Assembly: GCA_052426225.1 (NCBI GenBank) | Contig: JBNJNM010000011.1 | Location: 3,844,001-3,908,000 of the forward strand | Length of the DNA: 64,000 bases | From: Zancudomyces culisetae HAW-14-8 | Lineage: Eukaryota; Fungi; Kickxellomycota | Direction: 5' to 3' | In this document: one piece after another, positions 1 to 11,621 of the stretch | Position numbering within the stretch: the first letter of the stretch is position 1 | Layout: the number at the start of each line of letters is the position of its first letter | The notes under the pieces: generated by a model | Databases searched by the model: none | The model's input: the letters and a program-made list of their open reading frames with translations, nothing else | Told to the model about the DNA's origin: nothing | Position numbers and translations under genes: made by a program

Positions 1-168
1 AGGGTCGATGAACCAGAACGTGTTGCGGAGGGAACGATGTCGTTTATGTTTGAGTCAATGTTCCAAATGAAAGTTGCAGACTGGGCCCTGAACAAAGATG
101 GGAAAGTGGACGAGAATTATCACAAGGCCTGGGAGGACATGCCGGTGACCTTTACTGAATCTGAGTAG
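1..168 (+). CDS. HGD: Homogentisate 1,2-dioxygenase, C-terminal fragment (5' partial)
   Basis: Frame 1 reads RVDEPERVAEGTMSFMFESMFQMKVADWALNKDGKVDENYHKAWEDM..*, matching the HGD/HmgA C-terminus (PERIADGTMAFMFES...LDENYHKCW). TAG at 166-168. Not in the ORF track. Confidence 0.9.
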   Translation, partial: RVDEPERVAEGTMSFMFESMFQMKVADWALNKDGKVDENYHKAWEDMPVTFTESE

Positions 169-419
169 ACGTTTTTTTTTTATTTTCCATTTTTTCGTTT
201 TTCTTTTTCGCAAACTCATAACTAATCCTTGATTATTTTCTCCTTGAATTGGCAGAGAGGTAGTTTTTGGTTGATCAAAATAAAGTTAACTAAAGAGTTT
301 AATTAACAGTAAAAAAAATAATTGGTGTATTTATAAAAGTTGGAAATAAAAAATAGTATTAATATTATAGACATTATTAAGTAAAAAATGACAAAAAGAG
401 GAATAATAGTTAATTAGGT

Positions 420-3400
420 TCAATCACGGCCAAACGGATATTGGAATGGCTCGGGAGGGGGGCCAACATTTGCATCATCGCTATTGTTCGCAGATTCAGA
501 GGCGGCTGCGGATTTTGCAGCTGCGTCAGCTTCGTTTGCGGCCTGAACCAATGCGCTTGGAATCAAATCGACGGGTGAGTCAGGAGAATTGTCGACAAGC
601 AAGACAATTCCCGAAAGTGAGCCGGATTTGACAGGCGAGTATCTGGCATCGGTGGGCCACGAGAGATAAGGTTCTTGAGCAGGTAGAACTCTGGATAGGT
701 TAGAGACACGGTTTGGAGCAGAAGGAGACGAAGGTTGGGTTTGTTTTTTGGGCTTTGGGGTTTCTGGTTTTGGAGAGGCGGGTTTGGTGGAGGCTGAGAG
801 AGAGGTCTTGGGCTTAGACTTGGTAAAGGACAAAGCTACAGGAGCAGAAGATTTTGAAGCAACAGAGACTGCAGGTTTGAAGGGAGGAGGGTAAGCAAAC
901 AGAGAAGGCTTTGCAGAAGAGTCCAAATAAAGATTTGGCAAGTCGAGGTTCTTGTCAACAGCAATGATGGCAGTTGGAGAAAACGCAAGAGGTAAGAAGT
1001 GGGCATACGGGAACCACGACCAGAACTGTGTCATCAATAGCAACCCTACACACGATTGAACATTTGGAGTTGAAGAACTGGTCAGCAGCCGGATGGAGAC
1101 ATTCCTTCCACCAGCATCCAAAATACCCTGGGCAATAACTGCGCCAACTTTTGTGGAGACATCTTCGTTTTTGTTGGAAATAACTTGGGTCAGCTTGGTT
1201 CGGAACTGGGCTGCCTTGGGATTTGTAGCCTCAGTTGCCTGCATCAAAACCAGCGACATGGCCAACAAGGCGCCTTGGCGAACATAGTCGGCGGAATCAC
1301 GAAGCATAGGCTCGACTATTTCGATTGCTTCTGGCGACCCTGATGAAGCCAATCCTATTCCCAACGCAAGAGCAGCTCCATATCTCACATGTGGGTTGTA
1401 GCTAGCAGACAGTAGCTGAACCATCGATGGGATTTGATCCGGAGAGTTGAGAAGTACATAGCCCAGCCCAATAGTAGCATTCCGTCGCACATCGTCGTTT
1501 ACATCACTAACTGCCATATGCAGCAGTCTGGAGATAGCTGTGTTTGAGCCTGTTGCAGTGTATGCTGTAGAAACAGTCAAGACACCAGCGTATCGAAGCA
1601 GTGGATCTTCGTCATTACATAACTCTTCAATCAGTCGCTCAGCAGTGTCTCGTGTCCCAAACATCACCAAACTAATTCCAATTGCAAGCCCTCGGATAAT
1701 CTTCTCGTGCTTAGTCTCTTTCGCATAGTGCAGTATATCCTCAATCGCCTGTTCCGAACCGCTGCCAAGCATAACCATTCCCATAGCCAATCCCGCCGCT
1801 TCTCCCGCAATTGCACTGTCGCTATAAAGCACTGATTTTAGGCTTTCGTATAATTCGCCATGTTGGCTCCCCATAGCAACTGTTCCCAACCCCAAACATG
1901 CGCCATGTTGCAAGACCTCTTGATCCTTTGTTTGGTAGTGTGTAAGCGCATCTTGAAGATAGCTTATCACCTCCTCATTTGTTGTCTTGGCATTAATCAA
2001 CCCCAATGCAAAAAATGCTCCACTTTCGCTATATGCCGATGATGATACGCGATCTTGAGGCAAGTATGGTTGCATTAAATCCATTCCGCGGTCTGTCTGA
2101 CCCTTATGAATCACTCCTAGCGCTGCTGTCGCCGTGAACTTACTCCAGTTGTTGGCTCTTGATAGCCACTCCAAGTTTTTACGAAGAAACTCGTCAACTG
2201 TGGTTCCTGCGTGCATATATGCGTTGCAGATTGACAGGCAACTGTGGTAAGCTGAATTTCTAGAATCCAAATGCGTGCTGATTTCCTTGAGTTGACCCAG
2301 ATCGGCGTTGTTGTTGCTAAATAGCATTTCAAGCCAAAGCTTTCGTCGTGCTTCACCACTCAAAATGTTGACCAGTTTTGAAATTTTCTCATTTTCACCT
2401 TCCTTTCCCAACAACTCGATCAATCCGCGTGTGAAATCCTGTGTAGCGTTTTCCTCCAGCTCAAATCCAATTTGGTATGCCATCAACTCTCCTTTCTCAC
2501 TTGAGTTGGCCAGTTCCAACAAAATCGCTGCACATTTTTCCTTGTTATTAATAGCCACTAGACACTGGCACACCTTCTCATAGTTCACGTTTTCCATGGC
2601 TAGCTGCTTACGGATCATTAGTTCATAAAGCGTCTCTAATACTTCCACTGTATCAACGTATTCTAGACACTCTTCCTGGATATATCGTACCAGTTCTGGT
2701 GCTTTCTCTCCTGCATCTTTCAACACTTCTTCGAGAACATCGTACCTCTGACTCTCTATTGCAAATCCTATAATACTCTTATACTCTTTACTCTCAATGC
2801 TTCGCTTGAAAACTCCCTCAATCATTTTCTCTAGTCTTGCATCCATCTGGTCTGCCATCTCCCCTCTGGCTTGCTTTTTGCGAATCTCTATGTACTCTTC
2901 AAGGCCCTTGTTCACTACTGTTTTGACATAGTCTGTTTTACCCTTTACATCAAACAGATCCTTCGCCTCTAAGGCATGATCCAAAGAGTCTTTGTATTCC
3001 TGAAGATGAAAATACACCTTTGATGCAACCAGTGCAGCCAATTCATGTCTCTTGTCCTGTGTCATCTCGACCATTTCCTCGATATGTGAGACATGATCCG
3101 ATATTTCGGCCCAAAACTCATCAATCACTTCATTGAGTCTTTCCAAACCAAAATATTGCAGTTCTTCATCTTTTTCGAACAGCAACGAAATGTATCCTCC
3201 TATTGATATTATTTAGGTGTAAATTCAGTAAACATTTGTTTTAAACCGACTTATTGCTCTACTACATAACTAAGTAGTCCATTCGGTGGGCTATAGTACA
3301 AGAAAAAAAAACACCAATGCACTAGCAAATAAAGAAGTCTTTTATTGAAAGTAATAATTACTCAATTTGGCCAAATCACCAGAAAAGTAGTTTAGCTATA

Positions 3401-3439
3401 TCATCTATGCTTACCTGCTGTTGTCAATGTGGCGGCCAT
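420..3439 (-). CDS. RPN2: 26S proteasome regulatory subunit Rpn2 (PSMD1), 2 exons
   Basis: Exon 1 3439-3415 (MAATLTTA), GTAAG..TAG intron 3414-3200, exon 2 3199-420. Motifs EFWAEIS, NWSKFTATAALGVIH, PC repeats, VSDVNDDVRR, GILDAGGRN and terminal PPEPFQYPF. Confidence 0.97.
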
Positions 3440-5793
3440 CGTGTTCGATATCTCTTTATTATCCCTACTTTACAGATTATTTCCTTTTTTTGTTATTTTA
3501 GATTGCAAATTTAGATTTGTTTATTTACTCTTATTTTCTTTGTGCTAGAAGGTATTTTCCAAATGCAAATAATTTTGAGTTGCCGCAATAACTCGTTGGA
3601 AAGCTCAGTATTTTTTTTTTAAAAAAAAAATAATCAATGCCCATAAATTACTGCATACGTAACCAACCCACCAAAACAATTTTGTATAGATTTTGTATAG
3701 CCAGCCTATTGTCCAATAGCAGCGAATGCCTATATTTAAACATTCTTGCTAGCTATTATATGTCAGATTTTTGCTAGCTTTGAGAGCACTGTTTGTCCCT
3801 CTTATACATATTGTATTTGTATATACCACATTTCTTCAGTAGATTTCTAAAATTTTCGAGAGTACTCCATTTTTGTTACAAAAAACCCAAAGAACAGGTA
3901 GCTTGGGCTGGAGGTTATTCGTATACTGGGTATACTCACCACATTTTCCCATCTGTGGTTTCCTCCTACCCTCTCCCCTTCCACGAACTCCTGAAATTAT
4001 AATATTCTGTCGCACACATTATTATTACTCAAGTTTCAGCCTCATGAATGATAGTTTTGTTTTCTTGGTAGAATGAGAAAGCCGGTGGTGTATTATGCCA
4101 ATTCCCAACTAAACGCTATAAAACAAGAGAGCTAGGCTCATCTGGCGAGGAAGAAAGTAGAAAGTTTACATCCAGACACTAATCTTGGCATTAGAAAGTT
4201 TTACATGTAGAATGTAGGTTGCCCCCTCCCCCCCTTTCACCACAGGTTTTTGTCAACCAGATTATCCCAAAGGACAAGAACTCGTCTGAAAGTATGGTTA
4301 TTCATTAGTTATCAAACAATATTTCAAACAATTTAGAATACTAGCCAACACTAAATAGCCATACAAGACATATATTTGCCATAGTGCTATAAATGTATCA
4401 TGTCGATGGATTTGACACTTGTTATTCGGTATCGTTATTGTATCTGAATTACTCAATTGTAAAGAGAGTCGGATAACAATGCTTTAAGCGAAAGCACTTT
4501 TTGCACCTCTCTTTATTTTCTCCAATCCTTTACTGCGTTTCTTACAAAAAAAAAGCAAAACTAGATGCATTAAAGTTTTATAAGCGTTAATGAGTCCGAT
4601 TGCCCAATAACAAAGAATCTTTGGCTACGCACCAGACGCTCTCCTTTTCAAACAACAGTTCAAAGAAAAGTAATCTTCCCACACATTTACGAGGGTTTAA
4701 TACCCACCAGCAATATTGCGTTACCATTCTGTCCCTTGTTTTATCTGAGTTTATAATTCTACTAAATGTTACTAATGAGGTTTTGAGGTTTATTTTATCG
4801 ATTCCCTTTTTTTTCTTTTCTTCATCCCTCTTCCCCAGTCACAGCATATTTGATTTTTTTAAGAAAAGGGTGACCATAAACCAGAATATACTGTATAAAA
4901 ACATCACGAATAAGCATAACTGAAGCAAAATATGTGCTATATTTGGAATGTTGGCTGAAGTATACACGGTATTTAGATAATTTCAAAGCATGTATTTACC
5001 TAGCACAACGTAAAGTCAAATACTAAACACGTTACTCTTTTTTTCCCTCACAATTACTTCTCGAGATTATTTAATATTGCCGAAACTCTTGAGAGAGTCG
5101 TTGGTGGAAATAAATGATATTAATAGCTTTTAGTGCCAAAAACCATATATTCCTCTCAAACATTCATGACACGCAATTCGATATATGCGTGTATACCAAA
5201 AATGGTGTTAAAGCGAGTTTGGTCTAACCAGGTTTTATACTTGGAGATTATAAATTCATCCGTTTTTATGCAAAGAAATAGTCAGACGATGTGCATATTA
5301 AATAAACAGTGGCCAGCTTTTTCTTTTATAATTAGCACATTTATTATAGGAAATAAATTTCGGCATGGTAATGTGACATGTTTTAGTGCAAACATTTCCT
5401 TTTTTTCTAAATCAAATCTAGAAAACCTAATATGGATGGATTTTACCATGTTTGCCAATTCTCGACTTTAAAAGAAAACCCGACAAACCCAATATAATCA
5501 CAGCTTTTTTTTGAAACCATCAAGTTAAAGTTAAAAATATGTTTAAGGACCATTTAATGAAAATTGTTGCGGATAAATTGAGGTCCTAGTTTTTAGCCAG
5601 TAGATGATGGTTGTGATCTAGAAGTAATGAGAAAATCAGCCCATATATCATTACTAATCAAAAAAGCATATTTGATAAGATAAGGTACATAGTTAAACTT
5701 ATTATACTTCTAGCGTGACACTCCAAGCAACAACTGATTGTTTCACACTTGAGCTCTACATATGGAGAGTTAAAGATAGGCTTTTTGACGGAA

Positions 5794-5799
5794 TATAAA
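5794..5799 (+). promoter_or_regulatory. TATA box of the globin gene
   Basis: TATAAA about 100 bp upstream of the ATG at 5894. Confidence 0.45.
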
Positions 5800-5893
5800 G
5801 CAAGAAGATTTCCTACTCTCGTTTTTGCTTAACAATATTCAACAAAAGATCTGATTTTTTCAAAGTCAAATAGACCAGAACTAGTTAATAGAG

Positions 5894-6580
5894 ATGAAGC
5901 ACATTGATGAAAAGCTTTTGGAAACCGATCTGGTATACAGATTTGGATATGTCGCAGAGCACATAGGGTTCACTGAAGATGACCGCAAGGCAATCTTGGC
6001 CGTTTCATCATTTTTGGCACCACTGGCAAAACCTATTACTGATGCGGTCTACAGCAAGCTCTTCCAATTTGATACAACCAAAAAATATTTTGTTGTCAGA
6101 CATGACGGATTTTCTGGAAAGTTGGCAGACTCGCTGGAGGAACTTAAGGTTGACGACGAAATCATCCGCTTTAGAAAGAATATGCTTGCCAAATACGTCG
6201 GAAAGATCATCAATTTTGAAATAAATAAAGAATTCGTCATGTACATAGACTGGGTAGGAAAGATCCACACTGATACTCCTGATAAAAAGTCAAAAATCAA
6301 CGTAGACTACATCCACTGCAACGCCCTTCTGGGATATGTCAATGCTGCTTTGATGGAAATCATCAACAGTGCAGGCCCAGACTCCGGTTTAACAGAAGAG
6401 CAGAAGTTCAAGGCATGTCTGGCTTTCACCAAGCTGCTATGGATCCAGAACGATAGTTTCAGCAGATATTATATTGACAAAGTCCAACCACCAGCATATA
6501 AGAAGCTTCTAACAATGGCTGGTGGAGTTCTCCTGGCCAGCGTTGCAATTAAATCGGTTTCATTGTTTTTCAGGAAATAA
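5894..6580 (+). CDS. Protoglobin/globin-sensor family single-domain globin with C-terminal hydrophobic tail
   Basis: YRFGYVAEHIGFTEDD, DAVYSKLFQFD, IRFRKNML, YIDWVGKIHT (proximal His), VDYIHCNALLGYV and KLLWIQND are typical of fungal protoglobin-domain proteins. Intronless, 228 aa. Confidence 0.85.
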   Translation: MKHIDEKLLETDLVYRFGYVAEHIGFTEDDRKAILAVSSFLAPLAKPITDAVYSKLFQFDTTKKYFVVRHDGFSGKLADSLEELKVDDEIIRFRKNMLAKYVGKIINFEINKEFVMYIDWVGKIHTDTPDKKSKINVDYIHCNALLGYVNAALMEIINSAGPDSGLTEEQKFKACLAFTKLLWIQNDSFSRYYIDKVQPPAYKKLLTMAGGVLLASVAIKSVSLFFRK

Positions 6581-7071
6581 GCTTCCTTTAATTGCCGTTT
6601 TTTGTTACATGCATTTTTTTTTAGAGGAAAAAGCGTCAATTTTACTAATAAAATACATTTTAATAAACTTTTCTCGCTCAAAGCTTTTGCTGTAAGGTGG
6701 ACAGAAAATAATAACCTTATTACGTTTAGGTAACTTTTACTATTTTCATTAGTATTTTTTTTGGCTTCATAGTACATTTATTTTCCAGGTGCGCTAATGC
6801 GATTCATCATTTTTTTTATTAAATCAGTTTATGGCTATTTTGTGGTAATTCTGAAGTTTTTATTACTTTTGGCAGAAAATTTTAAATTGGCCTCATAATC
6901 AACCAATCGAACCAGAAGACAGAAAATTTTTTTTACTGAAGTAGAAATAATCACTAACTACCATTAAACTCGAGAATATATAGTATAAACCTAAAATCAG
7001 TGTAATACTTTTCATAGCTTGCTTCCTTTGTAAAGAGGAAACACACACACTCACAGTAATCCGCTTAGAAA

Positions 7072-8255
7072 ATGGTAAAATCACATCGATTATCTTTCAT
7101 TTCTATCACCACTAACATCTGCTTTCCTCTAATTATGATTATAGTCTAAACTCGAACTCTTGAATCCTGAGGGTAAACCCATTTTTTAGGAGAAATAAAA
7201 CATAGTATATTTGTGGGTAAATATTTTAATCTTATTGTAAATTCGATTTTTTTTTTCCAATAATGTTTAGGTCTCCGTATTGACGGTCGGAGAGCAAACG
7301 AATTACGAAAAATCACTTGTAAAACGAACGTCCTACATTCCACTGATGGCTCTGCGTACTACGAGCAAGGAAACACAAAGGTCTTAGTAGGTGTCTTTGG
7401 GCCCCATGAGGTAATACCTAGTCACTTGCTTATCTTATTATTTTTACTGATTGAGATGTAATAAAATGGTTAAAATCCTGAATTGTTGTTCATAGCCAAA
7501 ACTAAGAACCACTTCGAATCTGAATCAAGTTACTTTGAACGTGGAGATAAACATGCTGCCATTTAGTACTGGAGAGCGAAGAAAGAGGGGAAAGATGGAC
7601 AAGTAAGTTTGTTTTTTTTTTTTGTTAATTTGAAATTCCAATGTGTGAAACTTTTCATCGGACCCAAATACACTTATTTACAAATCCTTGGTGGTGTGTT
7701 TGACACAAAATAGGCGATCGTTGGAGTTGGCGAATTTTATAAAGCAAACATTCCTTCCTGTTATAATCAGCGCCAATTTCATGCGCAGCCAAATAGATGT
7801 CTACATTCATTTGCTGCAGCATGATGGCAGTACACTTGCAGCCTGTATAAATGCCACGACCATTGCAATAATAGACGCAGGAATTCCTATTTACGACTAC
7901 GTTTGTGCAACGACTGCTGGGTGTATAAATGGGACGCCTGTACTTGATCTTAATTATATTGAGGAAAGTTCATTCGATTCTCCTAATCTTACTGTAGCTG
8001 TTTTGCCAAGAACAGAAAAAATTGCTCTACTACAGGTAATAAAAAATCTTTTTGCGTTATACTTCAGGATACTTCAGGATTTTTTTTATTAAACAATATA
8101 TATTACCCACTTTGTAGATGGAATCAAAGATGAAGGTTGATAAACTATCTGAGGTGTTGCTCTTAGCAAAAGTAGGCAGCAAATTTATTCACACCAAGCT
8201 TGATGAAACTGTGATTGAATCAACTGAAAATCTAATATCCAAATTTGTTCTATAA
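7072..8255 (+). CDS. RRP41: Exosome RNase PH-like subunit Rrp41/Ski6, 6 exons
   Basis: Exons 7072-7074 (ATG only), 7145-7172, 7271-7410, 7496-7602, 7714-8035, 8118-8255, all GT-AG. Product MSKLELLNPEGLRIDGRRANELR..DGSAYYEQGNTKV..GPHE..PFSTGER..SQIDVYIHLLQHDG..INA..DAGIP..DLNYIEE. Confidence 0.93.
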
Positions 8256-8536
8256 TACACACTTTATACTTGCTTTGCTATATAATTTTGTTGTAAAATA
8301 ATATAAATATACCCACACTACCTTGTCTTGATGCAGCTTTATCAAATTTTGGTTATGTTTGTGAAAGATCCTGGCTTGCAAGATGTTTATTTGTCAATTT
8401 ACCGCTTTGGGTTAACCAAAGTTAAAAATGTCTATGGAAGTATTGCAAATTACTGTATGCTCTAAATCATAAAAATGCTATATAGTTTCTATTAGAGTGG
8501 TATAAAATATTTAGTTAACCCAGAATAGATAAGAGC

Positions 8537-8962
8537 TTAAACATATGGGGTGACCCACATTATTGAGTTTGGAACTTTTCCTAGTTGTGCATAAAGAATT
8601 TTGAGCTCATTTACTGAATGTTTGTGGACAACTCTACATTTACCCGTGCAGTCAGCTTGAGTACAAACCATGATGACAGGGTTTCTTCCAAAGTTACCAC
8701 TTAGTCTTACAGATCTGAAATTTGCATACGCGTAGCACTTGTTTGGTCTAATCTTCATGGAGCCCATAAAATGGGTAAAGCATCCTGTCCGGAAAAAGTT
8801 AACAGTTAATCTTCTTTTTCTTCCACATCCACACTGGTGCAGGTCATTAAAGTTTGAGCTAGCAGCGGTACCTTCACTAGCTTGTTGGATTTCATGGTTT
8901 CCGTTTACATTAGCCAGGGTTGAGCCTAGCACCAAAGTACCAAATACTGCTAATTTAATCAT
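8537..8962 (-). CDS. Small secreted Cys-rich cationic protein, unknown function
   Basis: 141 aa with a hydrophobic signal peptide (MIKLAVFGTLVLGSTLA), an RKRR site and 7 Cys. TATATAAA at 9066-9059 on the same strand. Confidence 0.75.
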   Translation of the reverse strand: MIKLAVFGTLVLGSTLANVNGNHEIQQASEGTAASSNFNDLHQCGCGRKRRLTVNFFRTGCFTHFMGSMKIRPNKCYAYANFRSVRLSGNFGRNPVIMVCTQADCTGKCRVVHKHSVNELKILYAQLGKVPNSIMWVTPYV

Positions 8963-10430
8963 GGCGTATTGAATTTTGTTTTGCTTTATTTTGCTTTGTT
9001 TTGCGGTTATATTGAGGTGGCTTGGTTCTTCTTTTTTACAAACTCTTGAAATTGATCATTTATATACGTTTTTTTTCGCTTTCGGGGATTGTAGGTATTG
9101 TATACAACAAGTATACAATACTGAGTACCAAAATAAGTGTATGTACCTATGTAAACACACATGTAGAGCTCAAGTGTGAAACAGTCATGTTTGCTTTGGT
9201 CCTTCTAGCTGGTATAGTGCTGATCATAATGACTATCAAAGTTAAAAGGATGTAACTTGTAGGGTGGTTAATTGGTACTGTTCTCTAGCCTTTAATATTC
9301 TAGAACTAACAACTTGCTCTCAGGTTGAGTTTACTTGCGCTCATAAAAGGATGTCGAGACGATTAGCAATATCCAAAACTCTATAGAATACTACTACTTT
9401 AAATTGCTGTTTTTTATGTTCAATTGTGTATAAACGAAGATCAAAAAGTATACATCGAGCTAATAAGTTCTAAAACATTTCAGTAATGACTACAAAAATA
9501 CGAGTAAACTTTCATGGATGCACTATTTAGCTTCTAAGCTCACCATGACAAAAGAAAAGGGCTGGCTTTGAATGTTAAAATTTTGATTTGCCTTTCTGGA
9601 ATGATTTCTCCACAGCTTAATATACTCAAAATAGCATTACAAAAATTACGGATATAGCCTTTAAGAGGCTAGACCCTCAAAAATTATTTTATAAATTACC
9701 AGCTTTATAGAAATGATGTGCTAAGCCAATAATTAGATTTTTTGGCGCTTTCGCTTTACTCTAAATTCAAGTTTAACTGGCACAAGTTTCCGACATGGGC
9801 TTGTTCTCATTTAATGAGTTCTTTTTTGTGCTTTATAGGTGGTGGAGGTGTAGCAATAGTGTGTCAACTAGGTTGCGGCTTATACTGGCTTTGAATATAC
9901 GAAATATCTTTTACATGCTGTAGTTTTGCCTTTCACCTTCTACTCTAGTTAGGTTACAGCCATGTGCTTAAAAAAAAAAAACAAAAAAAAACAAAAACAA
10001 AAACGTCTTTATTATCTTAGATTAAAAGATATTTTTGATGTGGCCCCATTCTCCATGAAATAACGCCCGTGAAACATGGATACCTCAGCGAAGTCTACGG
10101 GGAAATATGGTCAATCCAGTTTGATAGATAGGTTTCTGGGAGGTTTTTATTACACCAAATAAACTAAATTTAGTCATTAATAAAATGAAACCAAGCTGGG
10201 TTAATGATACTAGTTTCTTCATTTTTATATAGAGTTATACAGAGGTGTCTATATCTCTTGCTAATACCAATTCTAAAATCGCAGTTTATCTTAATGTCCA
10301 ACCATAAAATAATCTAGAGATAAGATAGTTAGCACTGAGGTAGAAGTTAAGATAGGAGGGGGGGGGGGGGTGTTCAGCTACTACTGCTTTGTATAAGCAT
10401 AAATACAAAACAGTGGCTGGTGATTTCAAT

Positions 10431-11621
10431 CTAAACAAGAAATATCCAGATAAAAACTTGAATGATAGTATGTTTGAGTAAGTTTGTATATAAATAACGC
10501 GTTCCAGGGGCAAAAGCAGATGAGTATACACTATCGGAGCTTGCTAGCGAATCTATTTTGTCTGAAGGATGCTCCGAAAATGCGTTTAGTTGCGATTGAG
10601 TCTGTGTAGCATTCGGCGTGGATTTTATTTCTGTCGAAGTGGATGCCTGTTGACCTTGGGTAGTTGTTCCCAAGGCCAACGAAAAGGTTGAATCATTGGT
10701 TGATACAGATGCTGCAGAGGTTGAATTATCCGGATGTCCCAATTCAGAAGTTGTATCAGTTTTTTTATATATGTTAACAATTGATGTAATCCAATCCATG
10801 TAGTAGTAAATGTGTGTATATATTCCAGCTCCACCATTTATACCACACCTTCCAACATCCGTGCTGACACCTGGAGCGTACCCATAGCTTGTTAATCCAG
10901 CGATAGACGTGCTTGTATTGCTGGTCAACATCAAAGGACCTCCAGAATCACCGCTACACGAATCCTGGTTGTTTACAACAATCGAGCATATAGTTGCACC
11001 GTCGTTGTTTGTCCATTTTGGATTTACAATCTTACATGTGCTGGACGAGGACGAAGAAAGAGGTATTTGTAGTAGAACATTGGAAATGGTAGCATTCGCA
11101 TCGAGTGAAGTAACACCCCATCCGGCAGTAGAAAACACTACACCATCAGGTATTTTCCCACTATATATACTCACAGGCGTTGCGACTGTGGATGGAACGG
11201 GGGATACTAGCGCAATTAGCCCAATATCATTTAAAAGTTGGTCTTTAGAACTATATTCTGGGTGGATATACACATTGCTTGCGTTGTATCTGTTAGAGTT
11301 CATTAGATAGTTGTACACACTTCCGGCCGAAACAGAAACTTGACTAGGGCTGACAGCAGCATCATTGCTGTTAAGACAATGACCCGCTGTAACCACTACC
11401 GAGTCTGAGATTAGTGAACCTGTACACCATCTTTTTTCGCTAGCAGATGCGATGCTTATACTTACAATAAAAGGAAAAGACTGAATAGATACAGTTTCTC
11501 CATTTATAATTCTTCCAACAGCCTTGAAGTCCCTCGCTACGGCTCTTGCCAAATTTGTTGAAAGACATGGTGTTTGAAATAAAAATAATAAGCTCACAAC
11601 GTACTTGAATGTTAGCGACAT
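10431..11621 (-). CDS. Trypsin-like serine protease (S1A) with S/T-rich stalk and hydrophobic C-terminal tail
   Basis: Signal peptide, activation site VGR|IING, catalytic TAGHC / NDIGLI / GDSGGP, and S1 Asp in QDSCSGDSGG (trypsin specificity). Confidence 0.93.
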   Translation of the reverse strand: MSLTFKYVVSLLFLFQTPCLSTNLARAVARDFKAVGRIINGETVSIQSFPFIVSISIASASEKRWCTGSLISDSVVVTAGHCLNSNDAAVSPSQVSVSAGSVYNYLMNSNRYNASNVYIHPEYSSKDQLLNDIGLIALVSPVPSTVATPVSIYSGKIPDGVVFSTAGWGVTSLDANATISNVLLQIPLSSSSSSTCKIVNPKWTNNDGATICSIVVNNQDSCSGDSGGPLMLTSNTSTSIAGLTSYGYAPGVSTDVGRCGINGGAGIYTHIYYYMDWITSIVNIYKKTDTTSELGHPDNSTSAASVSTNDSTFSLALGTTTQGQQASTSTEIKSTPNATQTQSQLNAFSEHPSDKIDSLASSDSVYSSAFAPGTRYLYTNLLKHTIIQVFIWIFLV

